Source of the DNA: Somniosus microcephalus
Taxonomy: Eukaryota
Assembly: GCA_052327205.1 (NCBI GenBank)
Contig: CM126226.1
Location: 30,256,001 to 30,320,000 of the forward strand
Direction of reading: 5' to 3'
Length of the DNA: 64,000 nt
The translations under genes were made by a program, and so were the position numbers. The notes below the pieces were generated by a model. That model saw only the letters and a program-made list of their open reading frames with translations. It had not been told where the DNA came from and did not search any database. This document shows positions 52,173-62,029 of this stretch, one piece after another (positions within the stretch are counted from its first letter, which is position 1; each line of letters starts with the position of its first letter).

Positions 52173-54399
52173 TATATATATATAGGAACTTGATTTTGTT
52201 GAACACGCAGCATTTTGCCCGAGCTCACAGTTGCGTTACTAATTTAAACTGTTAGTAACAGACGACTTAACAAAATACTTGTGGCAGTGTTGAGTCATCA
52301 GTTCTGCTGTATGACATTAAATAGCTACCTCTTCCAATTTGTAATTAAATGCGGCACAGACAATAAAAAACAAATGTGTTTAACTAGAGCATGGTGCTAC
52401 CTGCTGTCTGACTCCATGCAGGGATAATGGAACATGTCCCTCAGCAGTGCTGCTCCAGACACACACAACCCTAAGGACATTCTGAAGGAAGAGCCAATAA
52501 TACATGAATTTCAATCAGTTGGCTGCCAACTTTTCAAGTGTCTTGAAAGTACTGGGAATTTCAAAACTTTGTACTGTTAATAAAGTTGTGCAAAAGGAAA
52601 TAATGTTGAAAACAGAGTGTGCCTCATGTGGTAAGGAAAAAGAGTCCTAAACACAACTTTGTAAAGCAGTACCTGAACATTGTGTATTGTACTTTAAACT
52701 GCCAATATCAAACTGTATATGTTTCATTCAAATACCACACTCCAGAAAAATTTATACAAAGTATATCTATTACATCCTTTTATGTCAATGATGAAGGTGT
52801 CTGAAGAATATTATTTCATTACTTAAATAGCTATGAGGTTCAACATACACACTGTTGCATAAATCTTTGCCATGTTGTGATAATTATATGAATGTGACAT
52901 CAAGCTCCTGTAAACCTCTGATAAACATTTTCTAATATATTAGTGAAAAACGGTAATCTGCTGAATTGTTTTGTTAGAGGACTGACTTGGGCTACAGCTG
53001 ATGGGAAATACTGCACTGATCTCTATCAGATTTACAAATAAAAGCTAGAACAATCTCTGCTTGGGAATGGGATGGAGGTTATAGGGATACATACAGATTG
53101 AGGTGATCAAATAGCCATGGCATATACTGCTTCTGGTGTTGTTGGAAGAGGGAATGCTGTCTGCTGAGGGGAGAAGGCCAGGATTGAATTGTGCAAATGT
53201 GAGAATGGAGGAGCATTCTGGATGTTAGTGTGATTATCTTTGGGTACCAGGACATAACTTTCTCAGGATATTAAATGAGCAGGTTAGAGTGCATGAGAGG
53301 GTAGATTGTACATGCTATATGGAACAGATTAAATGGGTGGGTAGTGTCCATGATCAAGTAGCTTGTACATAGGCCGGAGAAGGATACTCAATGGGTGGGG
53401 TAGAGTCCATGATAGGGTAGATCGTACATGGGCTGTGGAAAGAGCAGGTCTGATGGGCCTAATGGCTTTTTCTCAGTCCGTATGTTCTATAAATTAGTTT
53501 TATAGAAAGACACTAAAGATTGCCACAGGGACTGAGAGATTGTGATGACAGTTTCAGTGATGTGTGCAGACAAGCTGTTCCACACGCAGACTGAATCCTA
53601 TTTCCCCAAGCTGCCATATTCATTTCATTAACTAATTATTTCACTCGCAAAACAAACTGGCTGGAAAGTGCCTAAATTTTCCCTGTGTGTCTAAATATTT
53701 CTCAGATTCAATTTGTTTACTATAATTAATGCAACTCACACGTTAACACCTCACAAATACCTTACACCAAGGTTCATATGACTCAAGCGATTATGAGAAG
53801 GAACGATTGTGATTTTGTTGCTGTTTACTGACAGATTAAGTGACCAGCGGCAAAGGTTGAATGTTTTACTCACTCCATCACTTTTTGAAAACCAAAACTG
53901 TTGGAGTCTTTGACTTCTATCGTCAATCTTTGTATTTTTTTTCCGCCCTCTCCTGAAGCCATCAATTGTTGCTGAGGTACAGTGCCACAGACGCTGGCCA
54001 AACTCCTTCAAGTAGCCATTTTTCATGTGTGAGCCGAGGCACTCATTGTCAACTGGCTATTTTATTGAGGGAAGCATCATAACCAAGCCTGATCTTTTTC
54101 TAACTTATTGTCCATGATGGAATAAATGGCAAAACAACTTTAGCATTGATATAAGTAAATTTGGCTGTTAAAATTAAGAACCATTATTACTTTAGGAGTC
54201 CAGGTTAATTTAGGACAGAGTCAGAAGTGTGAGCAGCTACACATCCTTTTAAAGTTCTGGCACAGATTTCACTACTTTATCAAGGTATGGCCTTTCACCC
54301 GGTGTCCAGCACTGTTAGACTGGGCCTTTTACTTGATGCCCTACACTTGTGGGGCTTGGTCCTTCACTTGCTGTCCTGCACTGTGTGGTTGAGCTTTGA

Positions 54400-55616
54400 C
54401 CTGCTGTCCTGCACTGTATAGCTCGGTCTGTCACATGGTGTCCTGCACTGTATGGCTCGGTCTGTCATGTGGTGTCCTGCACTGTATAGCTCGGTCTGTC
54501 ATGTGGTGTCCTGCACTGTGTAGCTCGGTCTGTCATGTGGTGTCCTGCACTGTATAGCTCGGTCTGTCATGTGGTGTCCTGCACTGTGTAGTTCGGTCTG
54601 TCATGTGGTGTCCTGCACGGTGTAGTTCGGTCTGTCATGTGGTGTCCTGCACTGTGTAGCTCGGTCTGTCATGTGGTGTCCTGCACTGTGTAGTTCGGTC
54701 TGTCATGTGGTGTCCTGCACTGTGTAGTTCGGTCTGTCATGTGGTGTCCTGCATTGTGTAGTTCGGTCGGTCACGTGGTGTCCTGCATTGTGTAGCTCGG
54801 TCTGTCACGTGGTGTCCTGCACTGTATAGCTCGGTCTGTCACATGGTGTCCTGCATTGTGTAGCTCGGTCTGTCACGTGGTGTCCTGCACTGTATAGCTC
54901 GGTCTGTCATGTGGTGTCCTGCACTGTGTAGTTCGGCTGGTCACGTGGTGTCCTGCACTGTATAGCTCGGTCTGTCATGTGGTGTCCTGCACTGTATAGC
55001 TCGGTCTGTCACGTGGTGTCCTGCACTGTATAGCTCGGTCTGTCACATGGTGTCCTGCACTGTATAGCTCGGTCTGTCATGTGGTGTCCTGCACTGTGTA
55101 GTTCGGTCGGTCACGTGGTGTCCTGCATTGTGTAGCTCGGTCTGTCATGTGGTGTCCTGCACTGTATAGCTCGGTCTGTCATGTGGTGTCCTGCACTGTA
55201 TAGCTCGGTCTGTCATGTGGTGTCCTGCACTGTATAGCTCGGTCTGTCATGTGGTGTCCTGCACTGTATAGCTCGGCCGGTCACGTGGTGTCCTGCACTG
55301 TATAGCTTGGTCTGTCATGTGGTGTCCTGCACTGTGTAGTTCGGTCTGTCACGTGGTGTCCTGCATTGTGTAGCTCGGTCTGTCATGTGGTGTCCTGCAC
55401 GGTGTAGTTCGGTCTGTCATGTGGTGTCCTGCACTGTGTAGCTCGGTCTGTCATGTGGTGTCCTGCACTGTGTAGTTCGGTCTGTCATGTGGTGTCCTGC
55501 ACTGTGTAGTTCGGTCTGTCATGTGGTGTCCTGCATTGTGTAGTTCGGTCGGTCACGTGGTGTCCTGCATTGTGTAGCTCGGTCTGTCACGTGGTGTCCT
55601 GCACTGTATAGCTCGG
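54400..55616. repeat. 34-bp minisatellite, left part (gtggtgtcctgcactgtatagctcggtctgtcat)
   Basis: 34-nt periodicity, interrupted by the LTR element. Confidence 0.98.
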
Positions 55617-55881
55617 TGATGCACTATCAATTGCTACAAAAGACTGGAGATTGAGAAAGTAATAAACAGGCTTTTATTACCAAAGAACAGAGCATGCCTC
55701 TTGTGGTTGCCTGGTATCCAAAAGGGCCGGAGGCTTCTGAGCAGCGACCTTTATACCCAGCCATGAGGGTGGAGCCAGGGGCGGAGTCAGCTGAGGCATG
55801 CACAGACAAGTACAACAATATGCAAGAGTGAACAACAGTACTAACAGTGAACAACAATACTAACAACAGTGGTTTACCACA
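55617..55881 (-). repeat. 3' LTR
   Basis: Base-for-base identical to 59832-60096 on manual comparison. Confidence 0.97.
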
Positions 55882-55923
55882 TTCACCCCTTGTTTAGAAT
55901 TGAGTCCGGCGGGGTGAAGTGCA

Positions 55924-58563
55924 CTAAACATTCGTGTACTGAAGTCTATCAGGAGGCCATGTAAGCCGTCCTGAGCGTCGCAGCAGCGGCGGTGATGGTG
56001 CAGCATCCAACGGTGAACCCGGTGTCTCGTTCAGAGGAGGTGTAGCAGGTGGCGGACCCTGGGGCTGCTGCATGCCGTCTACAGGGGTCAGAGCATGGGT
56101 AATGGGAGGTAGCGATGGTGGTCTCTCAGAGGCACCCGAAGGTGCGAGGTCTCGTGCGGGGACTGTGTCCTGGGGGTAGGCAGGAGTAGCGGTGGGTGGC
56201 GAAGAGGGTGTTTCAGGAGCACCTGCAGGTGCGAGGTCTCGAATGGAGACTGTGTCCTCCCGCCCGTCCGGGTACACCACGTAAGCATACTGCGGGTTGG
56301 CGTGGAGGAGGCTCACCCTCTCGACCAGGGGGTCCGCCTTATGGGTCCTCACGTGCTTCCGCAGTAGGACGGGACCTGGAGAAGTCAGCCATGTTGGTAG
56401 CGAAATCCCCGACGTGGACTTCCTGGGGAAGGAGAACATTCTCTCGTGAGGAGTGGCATTGGTGGGTGTACAGAGCAGCGACCGAATGGAATGGAGCGCC
56501 GCAGGGAGGACCTCCTGCCAGCGGGAGGTCGGAAGGCCCTTAGATTTTAAGTTTAAAAGGACTGCCTTCCAGACTGTCGCATTCTCCCTTTCCACCTGGC
56601 CGTTACCCCGGGGGTTGTAGCTGGTGGTCCTGCTTGTAGCAATGCCTCTCGCGAGCAGGTACTGCCGAAGTTCGTCGCTCATAAAAGATGAGCCCCTGTC
56701 GCTATGGATATAGCTAGGGAAACCGAACAAGGCGAAGAGGTCATTCAGACATTTAATGACCGTGGTACTGGTCATGTCCGAGCAAGGGATGGCAAACGGG
56801 AAACGGGAGTACTCATCAATTATATTGAGGAAGTACACATTGCGGTCAGAGGAGGGGAGGGGCCCTTTAAAATCGATGCTCAGCCGCTCGAAGGGGCGCG
56901 TGGCTTTGATCAGGCTCGCTCTGTCTGGCCTATAAAAATGCGGCTTGCACTCGGCACAGATCTGGCAGTTCCTGGTCATGGTCCTGACCTCCTCGATGGA
57001 GTAGGGCAGGTTACGGGATTTGATAAAATGGAAGAACCTGGTGACCCCCGGGTGGCAGAGGTCATTGTGGAGGGTCTGTAGCCTATCAACCTGCGCGTTG
57101 GCGCACGTACCACGTGATAGGGCATCTGGGGGCTCATTGAGTTTCCCGGGCCGGTACAAGATATCGTAATTGTAGGTGGAGAGTTCGATTCTCCACCTTA
57201 AGATCTTGTCATTCTTGATTTTGCCCCGCTGCTTATTATGAAACATAAAAGCCACTGAACGCTGGTCAGTGAGCAGGGTAAATCGTTTTCCGGCCAGGTA
57301 ATGCCGCCAATGTCGCACGGCTTCCACAATGGCCTGGGCCTCCTTTTCGACAGAGGAGTGTCGAATCTCGGGGCCCTGGAGGGTCCTTGAGAAAAAGGCC
57401 ACGGGTCTCCCCGCCTGGTTAAGGGTTGCAGCTAGGGCAAAGTCGGATGCGTCGCTCTCCACTTGAAAAGGAAGGGACTCATCCACAGCGTGCATTGTGG
57501 CCTTCGCAATGTCTCCTTTTATGAGAGTGAAGGCTGCACAGGCCTCTGCTGTCAGGGGGAAGGAGGCGGACTTGATGAGGGGTCGGGCTTTATCCGCATA
57601 GTTGGGCACCCACTGAGCATAGTAAGAGAAAAACCCCAGGCATCTCTTCAGTGCTTTCTGGCAGTGGGGGAGGGGGAGCTCCATAAGGGGGCGCATTCTA
57701 TCGGGGTCTGGGCCGATGACTCCGTTCTCCACTACGCAGCCAAGAATAGCAAGGCGCGTAGTACGAAACATACATTTGTCTTTGTTGTATGTGAGATTCA
57801 GCCGCTGGGCCGTCCGGAGGAATTTCTCTAGATTAACGTCGTGGTCCTGCTGGTCGTGGCCGCAGATGGTGACGTTGTCTAGATATGGGAAAGTGGCCTG
57901 GAGCGCGTTCTGGTCAACCATCCGGTCCATCTCCCGTTGGAAGACAGAAACTCCGTTGGTGACGCCGAAGGGAACTCTGAGAAAGTGATAGAGCCGACCG
58001 TCAGCTTCAAAAGCTGTGTACTGGCGGTCCTCAGCCCTGATGGGGAGCTGGTGGTATGCCGACTTCAGATCAATCGTCGAGAACACCCGGTATTGTGCTA
58101 TCTGATTGACCATGTCAGATATGCGGGGGAGTGGGTATGCATCTAGTTGGGTGTAGCGATTGATCGTCTGGCTGTAGTCAATAACTAGGCGCTGTTTTTC
58201 GCCAGTCTTCACTACCACCACTTGTGCTCGCCATGGGCTGGTGCTACTTTCAATAATCCCTTCCTTCAGGAGTCTCGCTACCTCAGATTTAATGAAGCTC
58301 CTATCCCCAACACTGTAACGCCTGCTTTTGGTAGCGATGGGCTTACAGTCGCGGGTGAGGTTAGCGAACAAGGAGGGGGGGGGGACTTTAAGGGTGGAGA
58401 GGCTGCAAATGGTGCACGGCGGGCGATTTAAAAGCTGCTGGCTGCAGACTGTGAGTGGGGGGAGGGGTCCGTCATACGCTAATGTGACACTCTTAAGGTG
58501 GCACTGAAAATCCAACCCCAGTAGAACGGCAGCGCAGAGATGGGGCAGGACCAGAAGTTTAAA
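55924..58563 (-). CDS. Gypsy pol: protease C-end, RT, RNase H, integrase
   Basis: LGLDFQ, DYSQTIN, YPLPRI, DLKSAYHQ, PFG, YLDN, ESDAS, EKEA, LTDQ, DALSR, HHCC, DFKG-SDRG-ERE (DDE). Confidence 0.93.
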   Translation of the reverse strand, partial: FKLLVLPHLCAAVLLGLDFQCHLKSVTLAYDGPLPPLTVCSQQLLNRPPCTICSLSTLKVPPPSLFANLTRDCKPIATKSRRYSVGDRSFIKSEVARLLKEGIIESSTSPWRAQVVVVKTGEKQRLVIDYSQTINRYTQLDAYPLPRISDMVNQIAQYRVFSTIDLKSAYHQLPIRAEDRQYTAFEADGRLYHFLRVPFGVTNGVSVFQREMDRMVDQNALQATFPYLDNVTICGHDQQDHDVNLEKFLRTAQRLNLTYNKDKCMFRTTRLAILGCVVENGVIGPDPDRMRPLMELPLPHCQKALKRCLGFFSYYAQWVPNYADKARPLIKSASFPLTAEACAAFTLIKGDIAKATMHAVDESLPFQVESDASDFALAATLNQAGRPVAFFSRTLQGPEIRHSSVEKEAQAIVEAVRHWRHYLAGKRFTLLTDQRSVAFMFHNKQRGKIKNDKILRWRIELSTYNYDILYRPGKLNEPPDALSRGTCANAQVDRLQTLHNDLCHPGVTRFFHFIKSRNLPYSIEEVRTMTRNCQICAECKPHFYRPDRASLIKATRPFERLSIDFKGPLPSSDRNVYFLNIIDEYSRFPFAIPCSDMTSTTVIKCLNDLFALFGFPSYIHSDRGSSFMSDELRQYLLARGIATSRTTSYNPRGNGQVERENATVWKAVLLNLKSKGLPTSRWQEVLPAALHSIRSLLCTPTNATPHERMFSFPRKSTSGISLPTWLTSPGPVLLRKHVRTHKADPLVERVSLLHANPQYAYVVYPDGREDTVSIRDLAPAGAPETPSSPPTATPAYPQDTVPARDLAPSGASERPPSLPPITHALTPVDGMQQPQGPPPATPPLNETPGSPLDAAPSPPLLRRSGRLTWPPDRLQYTNV

Positions 58564-59155
58564 ATTTTGTATTCTGTGCCCCTTACTGAAAGGGTCACTA
58601 CACAGTAGCCACCGACGTCCGCTGACTGGGCTTTGGAAGCCAAAGAGATCCGATGGCGCGTCGGCAGGACCGGGAGAGAGTAACTGCGCACCGTGTCGGG
58701 GTGGATAAAGCTCTCCGTGCTCCCGCTGTCAAAAAGGCAGGTAGTGGCGCGGCCGTTTACCGTAATATCCATCATGGACCTGGACAGTTGATGAGGGAGA
58801 GATTGGTCCAGCGTCACGGAGGCCAGCGTATGGTCGAGCGAGTCGATGTGGTCGTCAGATGAGGCGGTGGTTGAGTCCGGGTCCCCCGTGGTTGAAGTCG
58901 GAGGCGTCCAAGATGGCGGACAAAATGGCGGCGCCCACGGTCCCAATCCCCACGCGGCTGGGGGAGCCCAAGATGGCGGACAAGATGGCTGCGCCCACGG
59001 TTCGCACGCAGCGCTGCTGGCGTTAGCGGTCTTCCCTTTGCAGGCGCTAACGTAGTGACCTTTCTTCCCGCAGCCGGAGCAGGTAGCATTCTTCGCGGGG
59101 CAGCGTGCTCTAGGGTGTTTAGCTTGGCCACAAAAATAGCATTTTGTGCCTTGGA
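58564..59155 (-). CDS. Gag zinc knuckles plus aspartic protease (frame of ORF 58479-59210)
   Basis: CYFCGQAKHPRARC and CSGCGKKGHYVSAC (CCHC x2), LFDSGS. Boundaries are the inferred -1 frame breaks. Confidence 0.88.
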
Positions 59156-59812
59156 CATCGCTGCAGCAGTCGGAGGTGGCGGTCCCATGGCCCAAGATTG
59201 CGGCGTCCACGGCGCGGGGCGATGAGGGGAAAAAGCGTCCATATTTCTGTGGGCCGCGTCGAGCGAGAGCGCGAGGGACACTGCCTTTGTCAGGTCTATT
59301 TCACCCTTCTCCAGCAGCCTCTGCCGGGAGTAGTCGGACCTTAGACCCGCAACGAAAGCGTCTCGTATCAGTCCCTCCGCATGTGCCGCGGCCGATACTT
59401 CCTTGCAGTCGCAGCCGCGTCCGAGTACCCGCAGTGCCCGTAGGAAGGCTTCCACCGATTCCCCGGGCTGCTGTCTGCGAGATCTTAAAAGGTGCCTGGC
59501 ATAGACCGTGTTAACCGGGCGTGCATACTGCCCTTTCAGTAGGTCGATAGCCGCCGCGTAGGTCGTCGCATCTTGGATTAAAGTATAGACTTGGTGGCTC
59601 ACCTTCGAGGCCAGGATTTTCAGTTTATTTTCATCAAGAGTCACGGTCGAGGCTTCCAGATACGCCTCAAAGCAACGCAGCCATTGTGCGAATTTAGTCG
59701 ACGAACCCGCTTCTTGGGGGTCTAGGTCCAGGCATGTTGGTCTGAGGGCTCGCAGCAGCGCCTGCTGCTCAGCGTTTTGCGCCATCGGTTGATCAGCATC
59801 CGCAGCCAACAT
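59156..59812 (-). CDS. Gypsy gag capsid region
   Basis: ORF 58814-59812 with RHLLRSRRQQPGESVEAFLRALR and LIRDAFVAGL. Reads out of frame after about 59155. Confidence 0.88.
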
Positions 59813-59831
59813 TTAACTTTGGTAATAAAAT

Positions 59832-60096
59832 TGATGCACTATCAATTGCTACAAAAGACTGGAGATTGAGAAAGTAATAAACAGGCTTTTATTACCAAAG
59901 AACAGAGCATGCCTCTTGTGGTTGCCTGGTATCCAAAAGGGCCGGAGGCTTCTGAGCAGCGACCTTTATACCCAGCCATGAGGGTGGAGCCAGGGGCGGA
60001 GTCAGCTGAGGCATGCACAGACAAGTACAACAATATGCAAGAGTGAACAACAGTACTAACAGTGAACAACAATACTAACAACAGTGGTTTACCACA
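59832..60096 (-). repeat. 5' LTR (GC box, TATAAA at 59965-59970, AATAAA at 59888-59893 on the minus strand)
   Basis: Identical to the 3' LTR. Motifs read directly. Confidence 0.97.
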
Positions 60097-61755
60097 CTCG
60101 GTCTGTCACATGGTGTCCTGCATTGTGTAGCTCGGTCTGTCACGTGGTGTCCTGCACTGTATAGCTCGGTCTGTCATGTGGTGTCCTGCACTGTGTAGTT
60201 CGGCTGGTCACGTGGTGTCCTGCACTGTATAGCTCGGTCTGTCATGTGGTGTCCTGCACTGTATAGCTCGGTCTGTCACGTGGTGTCCTGCACTGTATAG
60301 CTCGGTCTGTCACATGGTGTCCTGCACTGTATAGCTCGGTCTGTCATGTGGTGTCCTGCACTGTGTAGTTCGGTCGGTCACGTGGTGTCCTGCATTGTGT
60401 AGCTCGGTCTGTCATGTGGTGTCCTGCACTGTATAGCTCGGTCTGTCATGTGGTGTCCTGCACTGTATAGCTCGGTCTGTCATGTGGTGTCCTGCACTGT
60501 ATAGCTCGGTCTGTCATGTGGTGTCCTGCACTGTATAGCTCGGCCGGTCACGTGGTGTCCTGCACTGTATAGCTTGGTCTGTCATGTGGTGTCCTGCACT
60601 GTGTAGTTCGGTCTGTCACGTGGTGTCCTGCATTGTGTAGCTCGGTCTGTCATGTGGTGTCCTGCACTGTGTAGTTCGGTCTGTCACGTGGTGTCCTGCA
60701 CTGTATAGCTCGGTCTGTCACGTGGTGTCCTGCACTGTGTAGCTCAGTCTGTCACGTGGTGTCCTGCACTGTATAGCTCGGTCTGTCATGTGGTGTCCTG
60801 CACTGTGTAGCTCAGTCTGTCATGTGGTGTCCTGCACTGTGTAGTTCGGTCGGTCACGTGGTGTCCTGCATTGTGTAGCTCGGTCTGTCATGTGGTGTCC
60901 TGCACTGTGTAGTTCGGTCTGTCATGTGGTGTCCTGCACTGTGTAGCTCAGTCTGTCACGTGGTGTCCTGCACTGTATAGCTCGGTCTGTCATGTGGTGT
61001 CCTGCATTGTGTAGCTCGGTCTGTCATGTGGTGTCCTGCACTGTGTAGTTCGGTCTGTCACGTGGTGTCCTGCATTGTGTAGCTCGGTCTGTCATGTGGT
61101 GTCCTGCACTGTGTAGTTCAGTCTGTCATGTGGTGTCCTGCACTGTGTAGTTCGGTCGGTCACGTGGTGTCCTGCACTGTGTAGTTCGGTCTGTCACGTG
61201 GTGTCCTGCACTGTATAGCTCGGTCTGTCATGTGGTGTCCTGCACTGTGTAGTTCAGTCTGTCACGTGGTGTCCTGCACTGTGTAGTTCGGTCGGTCACG
61301 TGGTGTCCTGCACTGTGTAGTTCGGTCGGTCACGTGGTGTCCTGCATTGTGTAGCTCGGTCTGTCACGTGGTGTCCTGCATTGTGTAGCTCGGTCTGTCA
61401 CGTGGTGTCCTGCATTGTGTAGCTCAGTCTGTCACGTGGTGTCCTGCACTGTGTAGCTCAGTCTGTCATGTGGTGTCCTGCATTGTGTAGTTCGGTCGGT
61501 CACGTGGTGTCCTGCATTGTGTAGTTCGGTCTGTCACGTGGTGTCCTGCATTGTGTAGCTCAGTCTGTCATGTGGTGTCCTGCATTGTGTAGTTTGGTCT
61601 GGCACGTGGTGTCCTGCATTGTGTAGTTTGGTCTGTCACGTGGTGTCCTGCATTGTGTAGCTCAGTCTGTCATGTGGTGTCCTGCATTGTGTAGTTTGGT
61701 CTGTCACGTGGTGTCCTGCATTGTGTAGCTCGGTCTGTCATGTGGTGTCCCGTAT
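60097..61755. repeat. 34-bp minisatellite, right part
   Basis: Resumes in register after the TSD. Confidence 0.98.
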
Positions 61756-62029
61756 TGTGAGCCTCTAAAAATTCCTTCCAACCTTCAAATAGCTCCATTG
61801 TACATGCTCTTCCAATTCCCTGCATTCTCACCGAGTTGAAATCCAGAATTATGCCACCACCTCCTAGTCTAACTCAATTTTTTCCCAGGAATTCAAAACT
61901 GTCAAACTCCTAACCCCATTTAGTCTTCCCTTCCTCCTATAATTGACAGGTTTCAAAAACCCAAGCTTGGTGTCACTTAATCACTACTTTCTGATTTACC
62001 TTATCTTCTTTCCTACTTTTTTGAACCTT

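Larger units (their letters stand above)
55617..60096 (-). mobile_element. Full-length Ty3/Gypsy LTR retrotransposon (4480 bp; Mag-like two-knuckle gag, PR-RT-RH-IN, no env or chromodomain)
   Basis: Identical 265-bp LTRs with TG...CA ends. TSD ctcgg at 55612-55616 and 60097-60101. PPT AAACAAGGGGTGAA next to the 3' LTR. Confidence 0.98.

Noticed and set aside
55627-55866. 79-aa hydrophobic-start ORF duplicated at 59842-60081 (possible env or accessory gene)
   Set aside because: Lies wholly inside the LTR, starts upstream of the TATA box at a non-ATG codon, and is duplicated only because the LTRs are.
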